In this document: positions 46,923-56,864 of the stretch, in pieces
Layout of the letters: every line of letters starts with the position of its first letter
Position numbering within the stretch: the first letter of the stretch is position 1
Notes under the pieces: model-generated
The model's database searches: none
The model's input: only the letters and a program-made list of their open reading frames with translations
Told to the model about the DNA's origin: nothing
Translations under genes and position numbers: made by a program
Virus record (IMG/VR): IMGVR_UViG_3300036670_000209
Coordinates: 39,040-103,039 of that record
Strand: one strand, 5' to 3'
Length of the DNA: 64,000 nucleotides
DNA from: a virus

Positions 46923-46940
46923 CCCAAACCAAATGATTAA

Positions 46941-47267
46941 CTAGTTGGGCGCGAAACTACTACCACAACCGCAGGATGAACTAGCATTGGGATTGTCAAT
47001 GGCAAAGTGGCTGCCCATGGCTGTTTCCTTGTAATCCACTGTGGCATTTTGTAGATATTGGAAACTCATTGCGTCCACTAGTATAGTGGTGCCAGATGAC
47101 TCCTGCACAAAGTCATCCTCATTTTGTTCATCATCAAATGTAAAACCATAGCTCATTCCGCTACAGCCGCCACCCTCTACGAATATTCTTAACTTGATCT
47201 TGGGATCGTTTTCCTGTTCCAATAGTGTGTTGATCTGTGTGCTTGCTGCGTTTGTTAATGTTAACAT
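46941..47267 (-). CDS. erpA: A-type Fe-S cluster carrier (ErpA/IscA)
   Basis: LRIFV.GGGCSG..Y, NPNA..SCGCGSSF. Confidence 0.9.
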   Translation of the reverse strand: MLTLTNAASTQINTLLEQENDPKIKLRIFVEGGGCSGMSYGFTFDDEQNEDDFVQESSGTTILVDAMSFQYLQNATVDYKETAMGSHFAIDNPNASSSCGCGSSFAPN

Positions 47268-47269
47268 TG

Positions 47270-47812
47270 TTATAACCTATGGTTGATTTTATCCCAGTCC
47301 ATGATACGCCAGATTGCGTCCATGTACTTGTCCTTGCTGCCATGATCATTCTGGTATGCATGCTCCCAGAGATCAATCAGCAGCGCTATGTCAGTCCTAT
47401 GTGCATGATTTTGTATGGTCCTGATCTGTCCAGATTTGCTCAGATACAACCAACCGCTGCCATGGAAATTGTTTGCTTGCTCCTTCATGGCTTTCTTAAA
47501 AGTAAGAAAGTCACTATAGTGACGGTGTATGATATCAGCTATTTTACCACGTGGCTGGATACTGCTGCCAGGTCGTTTGAATTGTGAAAAATATATACTG
47601 TGCAGCTCAGCACCAGCAGCATTAAAACTATCAGCATGGTTTTTATTATATGTTTCCACATATTTTTTGTATAACTTACCATAGTGATTGTCCATGGTGG
47701 ATCGGCTGATCACTGGGCTTAATGCGCCCATGCCATAGTCCAGTTTAACTTGTGTGATGTCGCTGCCACTGGCGGCTTCCACCAGTGTGATTATTTCTCG
47801 GATATTTTGCAT
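47270..47812 (-). CDS. Fe/Mn superoxide dismutase
   Basis: L.P.IS..T...HY.K, H..YF, GSGW, DLWEHAY; four metal ligands present. Confidence 0.85.
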   Translation of the reverse strand: MQNIREIITLVEAASGSDITQVKLDYGMGALSPVISRSTMDNHYGKLYKKYVETYNKNHADSFNAAGAELHSIYFSQFKRPGSSIQPRGKIADIIHRHYSDFLTFKKAMKEQANNFHGSGWLYLSKSGQIRTIQNHAHRTDIALLIDLWEHAYQNDHGSKDKYMDAIWRIMDWDKINHRL

Positions 47813-47866
47813 TTGATATGTTCCTCACTGCACTGTGCTACACAGTGGTCAGGTATTTATGCCCTG

Positions 47867-48088
47867 CTATTTGTTACGATACACTATGCGTCCGCGGGTA
47901 AGATCATATGGGGATATTTCCACTTCCACTGTATCCCCCAATAGTATGCGTATGTTGTGTTTACGCAATTTTCCGCCCAGTGTGGCAGTGATGTGATGCG
48001 TATTTTCCAATTGTATCCTGAACATGGCAGCTGGAAGTACTTCGTGTACTTTGCCGGACATGCGAATTAGGTCGTCTGATTTGGCCAT
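47867..48088 (-). CDS. infA: Translation initiation factor IF-1
   Basis: MAK.D.I...G.V.E.LP.A.F...L.N...[21 protein letters not shown]. Confidence 0.95.
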   Translation of the reverse strand: MAKSDDLIRMSGKVHEVLPAAMFRIQLENTHHITATLGGKLRKHNIRILLGDTVEVEISPYDLTRGRIVYRNK

Positions 48089-48133
48089 TCTTGTGTGTTA
48101 TTGTTCCAGTAACTGGTATTTATCATAATAAAA

Positions 48134-48517
48134 TTATCGGCGCATGCTGCTGATATCACGAGCCTGCTCATTGCTGAACACTGGCACGGCATTGCTTTTG
48201 TGCATGGTGGCTACGCCCACAATTTTATCGCCAGTGTATACCTTATCTGGTGCTCTGGTACACGCCACCCATCCAGTGTCTCTGCTGCTCAATTGCACTG
48301 CATCCCGTCCTGGCGGTGTGGTTAATTTATACACCAGTGGTTCTGCTGCCAGACCCCGTGAGCGATGTTTTTCCTCCAGTACCACGCCATGCTGTTTCTT
48401 CAGTGCTAGCCACTGCTGTTCCAACTGCTGTGATTGCGCCTTGGCTGCTGCACTGGCAAATTTTTGTTTTCCACGTTTTTTACCTGTTGTGTTCAGTGCT
48501 GGATGTGATAGGCTCAT
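48134..48517 (-). CDS. Basic hypothetical protein
   Basis: ORF track; ends HKSNAVPVF...ISSMRR. Confidence 0.65.
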   Translation of the reverse strand: MSLSHPALNTTGKKRGKQKFASAAAKAQSQQLEQQWLALKKQHGVVLEEKHRSRGLAAEPLVYKLTTPPGRDAVQLSSRDTGWVACTRAPDKVYTGDKIVGVATMHKSNAVPVFSNEQARDISSMRR

Positions 48518-48547
48518 GTGTTATTCTATGTTGAAATTTATGGGAGG

Positions 48548-48925
48548 TCAAGTATTAGGTTTGGTGATGGGTTCCTTATCAAACACATATCCAATGGGTA
48601 TCATGGTATAGTCCGGCGCGGCCATCACATGAAATCCATCCAGCTCTATAATAAACATATGCTTGGTATGCGTTATGGATAATTTAGTGGTGATATGATC
48701 TATTGAATATCCTTGTGCAAGAAATTCTCCAGTGATCTTATCGTACCAGAATAATTGCTGATCATGCTGTTCCTCCCGTACCTGGTGCAACCAGCTACGG
48801 ATTGGCAGTTGATCTGAGGTAAGTTTCGTACCAGGTGTAACTACAGGGCGTACTATCCATCGTACTACTTGATACAGTAACACCAGTGACACCGCTAATA
48901 CCACATAATCCCAATTCAAATTCAT
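48548..48925 (-). CDS. Hypothetical protein with N-terminal TM
   Basis: ORF track. Confidence 0.6.
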   Translation of the reverse strand: MNLNWDYVVLAVSLVLLYQVVRWIVRPVVTPGTKLTSDQLPIRSWLHQVREEQHDQQLFWYDKITGEFLAQGYSIDHITTKLSITHTKHMFIIELDGFHVMAAPDYTMIPIGYVFDKEPITKPNT

Positions 48926-48940
48926 ATTGATTTCCTAATG

Positions 48941-49132
48941 TTAATTAACCGTTGTATTGCTCCACCGGAGTAAAAAAATTGACACACTGTTGCCATCACG
49001 CAGACTCCAACAGTTAAAACTTAATCGATACCCCAGTTCCAATTGATTAACCCAGTGATCTATTTCCAGTGCCTGGGCATCACTGAGTCCAAATAAATCG
49101 TCACCATGGGCTGTGACCCGCGCAGGCATCAC
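48941..49132 (-). CDS. F.L[RK]W-family small protein
   Basis: Ends IFLLRWS. Confidence 0.65.
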   Translation of the reverse strand: MMPARVTAHGDDLFGLSDAQALEIDHWVNQLELGYRLSFNCWSLRDGNSVSIFLLRWSNTTVN

Positions 49133-49362
49133 ATGCCTGCCCAGCGTAGGTTATACAGCATGGCATCTCTTGAGTTACGAAAACATATATTATATTCACC
49201 AGCATGCCAGCTGGCCCAGGGATTCAGACTATCACCCAGTGGAGAGATATTCAGAATACACCACTGTCGCCGTTCTGAGCGTTGCCAGGGGGTTAACCCA
49301 CTGACATCCACTTCCAGGTTAGCTGGCCAGTTTGCAGAGAATGCTAGTTTTTGTTTGCTCAT
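49129..49362 (-). CDS. F.L[RK]W-family small protein
   Basis: Start moved to MSKQK; ends DAMLYNLRWAG. Confidence 0.65.
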   Translation of the reverse strand: MSKQKLAFSANWPANLEVDVSGLTPWQRSERRQWCILNISPLGDSLNPWASWHAGEYNICFRNSRDAMLYNLRWAGM

Positions 49363-49393
49363 GCATGTATTATACATTAAACTGAATAAGTGA

Positions 49394-49645
49394 TCAAACT
49401 GATGTCTGTCCCCACCGGAGCAAAAAGGCTGTGACCTGGGACTCATGACGCAGCCAAATACCGCCCTGATCATAGTAAAAATTCATACCATAACTACTGC
49501 GCCCCTGCTCATATGAAAAATTATTATCCAGCCACTGCGCTATTTCTGTGCTGGCCTCCTGCTGTAGTCTGTACATGAAAATCACTGGCAATTCCTCACC
49601 AGCCCATACTTCCATCCACTGATCTCTATTTTGTAGTATGTGCAT
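49394..49645 (-). CDS. F.L[RK]W-family small protein
   Basis: Ends AFLLRWG. Confidence 0.65.
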   Translation of the reverse strand: MHILQNRDQWMEVWAGEELPVIFMYRLQQEASTEIAQWLDNNFSYEQGRSSYGMNFYYDQGGIWLRHESQVTAFLLRWGQTSV

Positions 49646-49702
49646 TGACTAGTTGTATTATCATGATCCAGTGTAACATGTCAGTGTGCCACTGTCAATA
49701 CA

Positions 49703-49915
49703 TCACATGTACTGCATGATAAAGAATGTTTCCAGTGCATCATCATAGAAATCCAAATGTATATTCTGCAAGTAGGACGTTGGTGCATACTGTGTACGTG
49801 TGGTAAACCCTAATTCTCTGCGACATTTATCACGTATCAGTAGTATACTGGGCGGATTCCGCGCTAATATTTTAACACGGACAGTCGACCATTGGGCCGG
49901 AGTTAGAATTATCAT
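49703..49915 (-). CDS. F.L[RK]W-family-like small protein
   Basis: Ends LDFYDDALETFFIMQYM. Confidence 0.6.
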   Translation of the reverse strand: MIILTPAQWSTVRVKILARNPPSILLIRDKCRRELGFTTRTQYAPTSYLQNIHLDFYDDALETFFIMQYM

Positions 49916-50193
49916 TGGCTAAATTTTAATAAAAATATCACATACTGAGCAGGGTCAACTATATGATATTCTGGAGTATAATATCCATCATCGCGCATCA
50001 GTGGTTTGAATCCATGTGTTAGAATACAGTATTCTATCAGACCCTCATTATCAGGCTCACCAGTTCCCAGCAGCTGACACTGATGCTGCCAGGCTGTTCT
50101 AATCAGAGTCAAATTTTTCCAGTATGCATGTCTAGCCCATAGTTGTTCTGGTCCACTAAGATCCACACGCTCAGCTGTCTGACCATTACTCAT
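49912..50193 (-). CDS. F.L[RK]W-family-like small protein
   Basis: Start moved to MSNGQ after GGGGAG; ends IFLLKFS. Confidence 0.6.
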   Translation of the reverse strand: MSNGQTAERVDLSGPEQLWARHAYWKNLTLIRTAWQHQCQLLGTGEPDNEGLIEYCILTHGFKPLMRDDGYYTPEYHIVDPAQYVIFLLKFSQ

Positions 50194-50419
50194 AGTATTC
50201 TCCCCAGCGTAGTCTAAAAACAAGTTCGTCTGACGGCAGGTCAAACTTAAAATAATGTTGTCTGTATCCATGTATGAATCCATTGGATAGTATGATTTGG
50301 GTATCCAAGGTGCCGTGGTCATAGGCCAATTTCAAACGATCACAAAAGTCAATCATTGGTTGCTGCTGCCCACTGACTACTATCCTAATGGGCATGACTG
50401 GTGTGCACCCTGAGTTCAT
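50186..50419 (-). CDS. F.L[RK]W-family small protein
   Basis: Ends FKFDLPSDELVFRLRWG. Confidence 0.65.
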   Translation of the reverse strand: MNSGCTPVMPIRIVVSGQQQPMIDFCDRLKLAYDHGTLDTQIILSNGFIHGYRQHYFKFDLPSDELVFRLRWGEYYE

Positions 50420-50640
50420 GATAGTTTTAATAGAAATATGGACTGATCATTTGGATTCTTAAATTCTAATTCGCAGTTGGTGGCCAGTTGATGAGTTGTT
50501 GTTCTGGTGGCACCAAACTCCAGTTCCAACCATTCCCAAAATAACACAGCAGGTACAGTGTCTTTGAGCACTGACTGCTGATAATATCTGCCCAGTAGCC
50601 TGGGCCAATATGGTGCCAGTGCAATTGTTGTGGGTTTCAT
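50416..50640 (-). CDS. F.L[RK]W-family-like small protein
   Basis: Ends LEFKNPNDQSIFLLKLS. Confidence 0.65.
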   Translation of the reverse strand: MKPTTIALAPYWPRLLGRYYQQSVLKDTVPAVLFWEWLELEFGATRTTTHQLATNCELEFKNPNDQSIFLLKLS

Positions 50641-50654
50641 GGATAACGTACCTG

Positions 50655-50930
50655 TTAATTAGTGAATCTTAAAAAATACTCAGTGGCTAGATCAGCAGGT
50701 AGTGATATCACCAGATGCATGTGCTGCATGTATGTAGTAGTATCCAGGTGTGTGCGTTTGACCAATTTGCCGCCCTGCTCCAGCGCCCACTTTGCAGAAG
50801 TATCATCAGTGAACCATTTTTCACTCTCTTTGCACTTGTGCCACCAATCATGTTTTTGTATGGCTGAAGACATATCGTCAGCCATCATCATGTGTAACTC
50901 ACACACTACAATCAGTTTATCCGGCGGCAT
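50655..50930 (-). CDS. F.L[RK]W-family-like small protein
   Basis: Ends ATEYFLRFTN. Confidence 0.6.
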   Translation of the reverse strand: MPPDKLIVVCELHMMMADDMSSAIQKHDWWHKCKESEKWFTDDTSAKWALEQGGKLVKRTHLDTTTYMQHMHLVISLPADLATEYFLRFTN

Positions 50931-51126
50931 GTCCTGCCCATTTTAACGCAAAAAATGCAGCTTGCTCTGAATTTTTAAAACTGAACAGATACTCTGAGCT
51001 GAATATCATCTGAGTCATACGCAGTGAGTAATCCTGAGTGGGGATTTTATGATCAGTACACCAGGCCACTGCATCAGTGGCCTGATTGGCTCCCTGTACC
51101 TTTACATGATGAGAAAGAGCTGGCAT
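50917..51126 (-). CDS. F.L[RK]W-family small protein
   Basis: Ends FSFKNSEQAAFFALKWAG; start uncertain. Confidence 0.6.
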   Translation of the reverse strand: MPALSHHVKVQGANQATDAVAWCTDHKIPTQDYSLRMTQMIFSSEYLFSFKNSEQAAFFALKWAGHAAG

Positions 51127-51145
51127 CACTGACTCGCACATCTGA

Positions 51146-51502
51146 TTATTTTGCATGCAGTAATTTCCAGGTTCGACTTTTAGCCAAGCACTTTTGTTCC
51201 ATGGCACGATACTGGTTGCCCAAATCTGCCAGTTGACTCCACTCTTCCTCCAAATCTGGGTTGGGTATGACCAGCGCCAGCCTCTCAGTGATTTGTCCTA
51301 GTAGGTCAGTCAATGATCCGTTGGTTACCCTGACGCCGCCGCCAACCACCAGGTCACCATTCACCGACATGGGTGAAGATTGAGTGGTGCTATTACCTAT
51401 ATTTACACTACCAGTAATAATTGATGATGAACTGGTTAATAAGTGACCAGTTTGTGTTCCGGTACTAATCATACCCTGAGATACTGAACTAGTTGCTATC
51501 AT
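51146..51502 (-). CDS. Hypothetical protein
   Basis: ORF track; ATGA coupling. Confidence 0.6.
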   Translation of the reverse strand: MIATSSVSQGMISTGTQTGHLLTSSSSIITGSVNIGNSTTQSSPMSVNGDLVVGGGVRVTNGSLTDLLGQITERLALVIPNPDLEEEWSQLADLGNQYRAMEQKCLAKSRTWKLLHAK

Positions 51503-52335
51503 GCGTTTACCTCAAATGTTATGGGTTGATAGTTATTGGCCCTGGCCTCATATTTCAAGTAACCACGTGGGCTGCACAAAACTCGAGTATCACCCAGAGT
51601 ATAATCAAAATCATCATGCACATGCCCATGACACCACACTTGAATCTCTGGATTGTCCAAAATAAATTCACTGAGGTCACTGTGATAGGCACCGTTCATT
51701 ATGATGTCATCACTGTATTTCATATCCTGGCTCAGGTGGCTTGGGGTATGATGTGTGATTACCACAAACTTTTTATTCTGACCAGTGGCACGATTTTCTT
51801 CCAGCATCAGTTTAAAATACTGCAATGTTGCATGATGCTCTGACACTGTCCATTCAGGAGTAAGTCGTTGTGTTCCTGAGGCAGCATGCATGTCAATGAA
51901 TTCATAATCCTTCATCACGCTGCGCATGTGGAACAGTGTGAGTGCGTCCTCACGATTCATATCAGTCCACATGGTGGCACCCATGAATATGACTCCGTCA
52001 ATTTCCAGTGTCTGTTTTTCCAGCAGCTGAACATTGGCTGGAAGATTATCTCGCAGCAATTGTGCAGTTTTATCCACGCTGCTGCGCCAGTGTTCGTGAT
52101 TTCCCATGACATACACTACCTGACGGTACTTGCTGCATTCTTCATGGAAAAATCTGGCATACCTGTCACTGCGCATAATATCACCAGGCGCATTCATTAA
52201 ATGGTTTACGTCATACTTGTGACGGTCCAGTCTCCCAGCCTCACATGCATCACCCGCGATGATTAATACATCACCACCAGCCAGAGTTAAATCTCCATGT
52301 TCCAGGTGTAGGTCACTGACAAGAGTACATTTCAT
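51499..52335 (-). CDS. Calcineurin-like metallophosphoesterase
   Basis: SDLHLE, AGD, GNHE, THH.P, HGHVH. Confidence 0.88.
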   Translation of the reverse strand: MKCTLVSDLHLEHGDLTLAGGDVLIIAGDACEAGRLDRHKYDVNHLMNAPGDIMRSDRYARFFHEECSKYRQVVYVMGNHEHWRSSVDKTAQLLRDNLPANVQLLEKQTLEIDGVIFMGATMWTDMNREDALTLFHMRSVMKDYEFIDMHAASGTQRLTPEWTVSEHHATLQYFKLMLEENRATGQNKKFVVITHHTPSHLSQDMKYSDDIIMNGAYHSDLSEFILDNPEIQVWCHGHVHDDFDYTLGDTRVLCSPRGYLKYEARANNYQPITFEVNA

Positions 52336-52345
52336 AATATGATCC

Positions 52346-52376
52346 AAATAAAAAGGCACCAGGTGCCTTTTTATTT
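52346..52376. terminator. Bidirectional intrinsic terminator
   Basis: AAATAAAAAGGCACC-A-GGTGCCTTTTTATTT palindrome. Confidence 0.8.
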
Positions 52377-52391
52377 ATTATAGGCGTAAAA

Positions 52392-52661
52392 TTAAATTCC
52401 GGCAGCTAGTGCCCGATAACCGGCAGCAATTAGTGCCTTGCTGGGCTTACCGTGGCGATAGGTGGTCACAGCTACTCCGTTACCGGCCACTGTGCGATCA
52501 GCGTATACTGCAAAACCAGTATGACGGATACGAGAAACTTCGGCACGGAGATTCTTCACACCCATTTTACGGGCCTGAGCTTCAGTGAGAGTATCACCCT
52601 GCATGACTAATTTGGTAAATACTTTGCCTGTTTTGGTTTCTGGATTGATATGTTTTGTCAT
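52392..52661 (-). CDS. Small basic protein, possible winged HTH
   Basis: T..QA...GV.NLRA.VS.IR..G pattern; own promoter and terminator. Confidence 0.55.
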   Translation of the reverse strand: MTKHINPETKTGKVFTKLVMQGDTLTEAQARKMGVKNLRAEVSRIRHTGFAVYADRTVAGNGVAVTTYRHGKPSKALIAAGYRALAAGI

Positions 52662-52748
52662 TTGAGTTCCTTAAAAATATATTACTAACGGCTAATCACT
52701 ATTATATGCTAAAAACACAGGCCACGCAAGCCTGTGTTTCACCATAAT

Positions 52749-53276
52749 TTACTGGTCTCCTGCTACACTACTACGGGTAAGTACAAACGATCCTGGGCAA
52801 GAGTTAGCATCCCAGTGCAGAGTGTCACCCAGATTCCATCCCATGCTGAGCATCAGTGTATCAGGAAAGGGCATAACCAACTCACCAGTCACTGGATCTT
52901 CACCCAGGGTAACAGTCCAACTGGTACCACTGGTCTGCTCCACTGACCCAGCACCAGTATCTGGCTCAATCTGACTCTGTGTGAGTATAATCACTTCAGT
53001 GACTCTCATGGTTTTAAAGGATCGCCAGGCCTGCTGTGTCAGATCATAGGCACTGATGGTGCCAGGATCCACAGCTCGGATTCGATGATTTTCCTTCACA
53101 GGAGCAGCGGGTGGCAGTGTACTGGGCATGAGTGTGCAGGTCATCACCCGCTGCTCACCATCCAATTTGGTAAAAGTTACCTCGCATACATGGTTGCGTA
53201 ACATATCCTGGATTTGATCATGTTGTTGCTGCACCTGCTCAGCGCTGGGAGTTTCAGTAACAGTTTGAATTATCAT
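52749..53276 (-). CDS. WYL-like SH3-fold domain fused to AbrB/SpoVT-like domain
   Basis: VTFTK.DGE.R.M.CTL...YD....WRSF; L.MPFPD......GW..GDTL.W. Confidence 0.6.
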   Translation of the reverse strand: MIIQTVTETPSAEQVQQQHDQIQDMLRNHVCEVTFTKLDGEQRVMTCTLMPSTLPPAAPVKENHRIRAVDPGTISAYDLTQQAWRSFKTMRVTEVIILTQSQIEPDTGAGSVEQTSGTSWTVTLGEDPVTGELVMPFPDTLMLSMGWNLGDTLHWDANSCPGSFVLTRSSVAGDQ

Positions 53277-53302
53277 TTATTTTTCCTTGATGTTTGATTA
53301 AT

Positions 53303-54667
53303 TTATCTACCAGGCCGACTGGCCATTATCATGCCCTGCTGATTCCCACACCGCACCACTATGTCATAGAACTCATGATCGTTGATGTCCTGATCAGTTA
53401 GGCTGGGCGTACACTGCACTGCCTCGATACCGCGCCCCTGATATCTGCTGCTAACGCCGTGGCCCAGGGGTTTATCGTAACGAAATTCCATGTTACTGCC
53501 CATCAGATGCACCTGATACAAGTTTAGTGCATGTTTGTACAGATGAAAGTTAATCATCAGTTCTGATATATAATCCAGTCCCTGATACTTGACTAGATAC
53601 TGGCGGTCACGGTATCTGAACTGAGGCCAATGCGCTGTATCCAATTCAGGATAGCTGCGTTTAAGCTCCAGGGTCACTGCACTGATGTCCACTGCCGTGG
53701 GACTGATCATGCATATGTTGGGGAATTCTATAGCCAGTGATTTCCACCGGTTGTTGATCAGCAGGTCAGAAAAAATATCATTGGCAGCTGTCACTGCATT
53801 CAGTGCAATGGGTAATTTGTTTACAATACTGGATACACGTGGATTCAGCAGTGAATAGTATTCACCAGTGGCTACACTTTTCACCAGATAAATCATGCGT
53901 TCAGCATGCATACTGTATGCATGGATATTGTTTAACTTACCACCAACCAGTGCATCCTTGATGGTGCGCACGTGACTGAGTATGTGCATTTTTCCATAAA
54001 ATATAAACTCTCGCTCTAATCTGGGCAGCTGGCTATTTATAAGTTCCACTGTATCGCCACATTGTACCTGACTCAAAGGTATTTTGGTATTTTCTTTGAT
54101 GGTTTGACGGGTAGCTTCCAAAAAAGGTGTACTACTCACTGGCAACAAAATATTCCTAGCGCCATCACGGCCCCACGCACACTTACCCTGGATTAGTCCT
54201 TTGGTCAGATCAGCACAGTCCACCAAGCTGGCAAAATTTTCACTGGATATTTCCAAATCAAATCCACGAGGATCAGTAATACGCCATTTTACATTTCCGC
54301 CGCCGCTCCAACCACTGCGCCGTACTGTTTTACCAATTTCAAATCCCTCCAGTGGAACATTATCAATAATCCTTGGGTAGCAATTGCTGATAAACAGCAT
54401 GCCAGCATCCCAGTATTTGGAGTTACTACCACTGGCGTAGGTCTGTTGCTGCACTACATCCGAGGTAACCAGTGTTATATCCTGATTCTCATGTATGGTC
54501 ACCTGAGTTGCGCGACCATATGCCCAGGTATCCTGGGTGACTTTGCGTTTAGCAAACCCAGCATCCTGTGTGTATGGACCTGCGAAACCCAGCTGACTGG
54601 TTTTAGAGGTGGTCTGATCATCATACTGTATGGTGACATATAGTTGTGTGGGTATGGTGGTTGCCAT
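53303..54667 (-). CDS. Hypothetical protein (454 aa)
   Basis: Long ORF. Confidence 0.75.
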   Translation of the reverse strand: MATTIPTQLYVTIQYDDQTTSKTSQLGFAGPYTQDAGFAKRKVTQDTWAYGRATQVTIHENQDITLVTSDVVQQQTYASGSNSKYWDAGMLFISNCYPRIIDNVPLEGFEIGKTVRRSGWSGGGNVKWRITDPRGFDLEISSENFASLVDCADLTKGLIQGKCAWGRDGARNILLPVSSTPFLEATRQTIKENTKIPLSQVQCGDTVELINSQLPRLEREFIFYGKMHILSHVRTIKDALVGGKLNNIHAYSMHAERMIYLVKSVATGEYYSLLNPRVSSIVNKLPIALNAVTAANDIFSDLLINNRWKSLAIEFPNICMISPTAVDISAVTLELKRSYPELDTAHWPQFRYRDRQYLVKYQGLDYISELMINFHLYKHALNLYQVHLMGSNMEFRYDKPLGHGVSSRYQGRGIEAVQCTPSLTDQDINDHEFYDIVVRCGNQQGMIMASRPGR

Positions 54668-54682
54668 GCTATTATTTTCCTA

Positions 54683-55315
54683 TTATACCAATAGTGCCAG
54701 TGACACATGTGCACGTATTATTTTTTCCATGTGTGCTGACATGCTAAATGTTACTCTCTGGTAAAATGCCTGCTCACTCAAACTACTGACCACTGTCGGG
54801 GCCAGTAATCCAGCGAAAAAACAATTACCCATGACATGGATGTCCTTGGGTATCAGTAATACCAATGCGGTGTTGATCTGATCAGCGTGATCCAAACATA
54901 ATTGTTCACGTATGGCTGTCCCAAATCTATACCCAATCAGTGGTCTGTCAGAGTATTCTGATAGATTAATCATCAGTGGCACTGCCCTGGGTTGCGCTGG
55001 TATGCATGCATATAGTGTGGTCAAATGAGCATAATAATCTTGCTCTGGCCAGCAATGCAAGGTGTCCACTCCCAGTGACCGGTAGTTATCACAACTGGTC
55101 ACCAGTGCTTGCACTTCCTGTGCATTTGCATACCCTACTGCACGAAATTTGGATAGCTGCGCCCTGAGGCTGATAATCTCAGCCGCAGCCAGTTCACAGG
55201 TTATAGCAATGCGATCCTCCTGACCGTCAGCCTTGCGGCCTATGGCGCGGCGAATGCTGGCTCGGTGCAATAATTTATCCAATATCTCCTGCTGATCAAA
55301 GGGTGTATCAATCAT
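54683..55315 (-). CDS. Hypothetical protein with C-terminal STAS-like (DUF4325-like) domain
   Basis: L.G...G..IR......D....IP.DI.....FF.GL; weak. Confidence 0.45.
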   Translation of the reverse strand: MIDTPFDQQEILDKLLHRASIRRAIGRKADGQEDRIAITCELAAAEIISLRAQLSKFRAVGYANAQEVQALVTSCDNYRSLGVDTLHCWPEQDYYAHLTTLYACIPAQPRAVPLMINLSEYSDRPLIGYRFGTAIREQLCLDHADQINTALVLLIPKDIHVMGNCFFAGLLAPTVVSSLSEQAFYQRVTFSMSAHMEKIIRAHVSLALLV

Positions 55316-55391
55316 TGTACACTCACAGTCATTGAGCTAACAGCTGGTAGTTGCATGGGGTAGTACTTGTATTCAAATATGCCAGAGGTTT

Positions 55392-56798
55392 TTATAATTT
55401 TTCTCCCAGTGCAGTACCACGGAATGTTTTAAAACGCGGAAATCGCATGCTCCAGCTGTCACCATCCTGTGACTTGGTCAGTGCGTCAGCACGTACTTCA
55501 GCCAGTAAACCCACTGGGTTTGTTTGTGGATACTCAGTGTGGGTTACCCATTTGCCAGCTGTTTTTTTCTTCCATTCCACTGGCTGACCCGTGTAGCTGG
55601 CCCACAGCTGGGCCCTCAACTGGATACTGTATCCTCCACCGCAATTCACTCGCACCAGACGATCGCCAACCATGCCTTCGCACACCAGTGCACCCAGTGT
55701 ACCCACGAATTTGGAATCTGCTTTACCCTCCTCGCATGCCACCACAGTGAGAGTTTCCTCAATGAATGGTTTCATTTTTAACCAGGCCGTGCTGCGTTTG
55801 CATTCATACAGGGCCAGCGGATCCTTGATCATGATACCCTCAGCTTGCACTGACAATGCCAGGGCATTGATTGCATATAGTCTATCTCGGCCAGCTGCGG
55901 TGTCCAGATTCACCAGCTCATTACCCAGCACTGTGACATTGGGCATGTGGTCAGCAATTAACGCATACCAGCGCTTTAACTCCAGTGTACGCTCCAGTTG
56001 ATTTTTACTGCTGACGCCATCCTGGAACTCGCTCAGTGGTAATATGTCAAACAGGTTTAATACTGCATCATTGGTTTGCACATCAGTCTTGCGACGCGCC
56101 TGTTTCATCAGATCCTGGAAGCTCTTGGACATGACTTCACCATCCAGCACCATGGGCACTGAGAAAAATACCGCATGCTTGCTCAGCTGTGTACGTATCA
56201 GCTCAAAATTAACCAGCTCCTTGCCATTGCGTGAATATTGACGTACTGTACCATCAGGGTACACAATACTCATGCATCGCATACCATCTAGTTTGGTGTC
56301 AACGAATCGCTGACCTCTGAGGAATTTTGCATCCACATCTCCAGTCTCTTCATCCACTGAATCAGTGGCCAGCTGTACTGCAAACACTGGGATCTGGTAT
56401 TCACTGTGTGATGCCGAAACAGCCTTGTTTACGGTGGTTTCACTGAAGCCAGCTTTGAGATCCTTGATCAGTATCAGACGATACCAGCCGTTCCATTCTG
56501 ACATGGTGGCACGATTTCGCAAATAGGAAATAGCAATTAGTGCAGCATTGCCAGTGAGTAGTCGCTGCGATAGCTGTTCAGCCAGAATCCAAAAAGCGTC
56601 TGGTGGTATACCTGGGCCATCCACTGTGGCCACTGGCACTTGTTGAACCCCATATGTAATCATTGGGTCCAGTGCAGCTTTGAGCCCGCGGAAGAACTGC
56701 TGATTACCCGCCACTGCCTGCTCCTGAATCAGTGACTGTTTGAGATTTTTACTATCAGTGGCTGCGATACTGGCTAAAATGTCCTGGGGCATGATCAT
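55392..56798 (-). CDS. ATP-dependent DNA ligase
   Basis: KLDGMR, SRNGK, LDGE, FD, EGIMIK, WLKMK, RFPRF; promoter TTGACT-N17-TATAAT at 56823-56851. Confidence 0.93.
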   Translation of the reverse strand: MIMPQDILASIAATDSKNLKQSLIQEQAVAGNQQFFRGLKAALDPMITYGVQQVPVATVDGPGIPPDAFWILAEQLSQRLLTGNAALIAISYLRNRATMSEWNGWYRLILIKDLKAGFSETTVNKAVSASHSEYQIPVFAVQLATDSVDEETGDVDAKFLRGQRFVDTKLDGMRCMSIVYPDGTVRQYSRNGKELVNFELIRTQLSKHAVFFSVPMVLDGEVMSKSFQDLMKQARRKTDVQTNDAVLNLFDILPLSEFQDGVSSKNQLERTLELKRWYALIADHMPNVTVLGNELVNLDTAAGRDRLYAINALALSVQAEGIMIKDPLALYECKRSTAWLKMKPFIEETLTVVACEEGKADSKFVGTLGALVCEGMVGDRLVRVNCGGGYSIQLRAQLWASYTGQPVEWKKKTAGKWVTHTEYPQTNPVGLLAEVRADALTKSQDGDSWSMRFPRFKTFRGTALGEKL

Positions 56799-56864
56799 AT
56801 TGTTCCTTGGTGTCTAGTCATTATTATATATTAAACCCATTAAACAGTCAACTCACTCAGGCAA

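Noticed and set aside
39427-46944. Plus-strand ORFs inside the tail genes
   Set aside because: Shadow frames of G/S/T/A-rich repetitive coding sequence.
49912-50322. 136-aa version of this ORF
   Set aside because: Overlaps 50186-50419, which carries the FRLRW family signature; the start at 50193 has a GGGGAG RBS.
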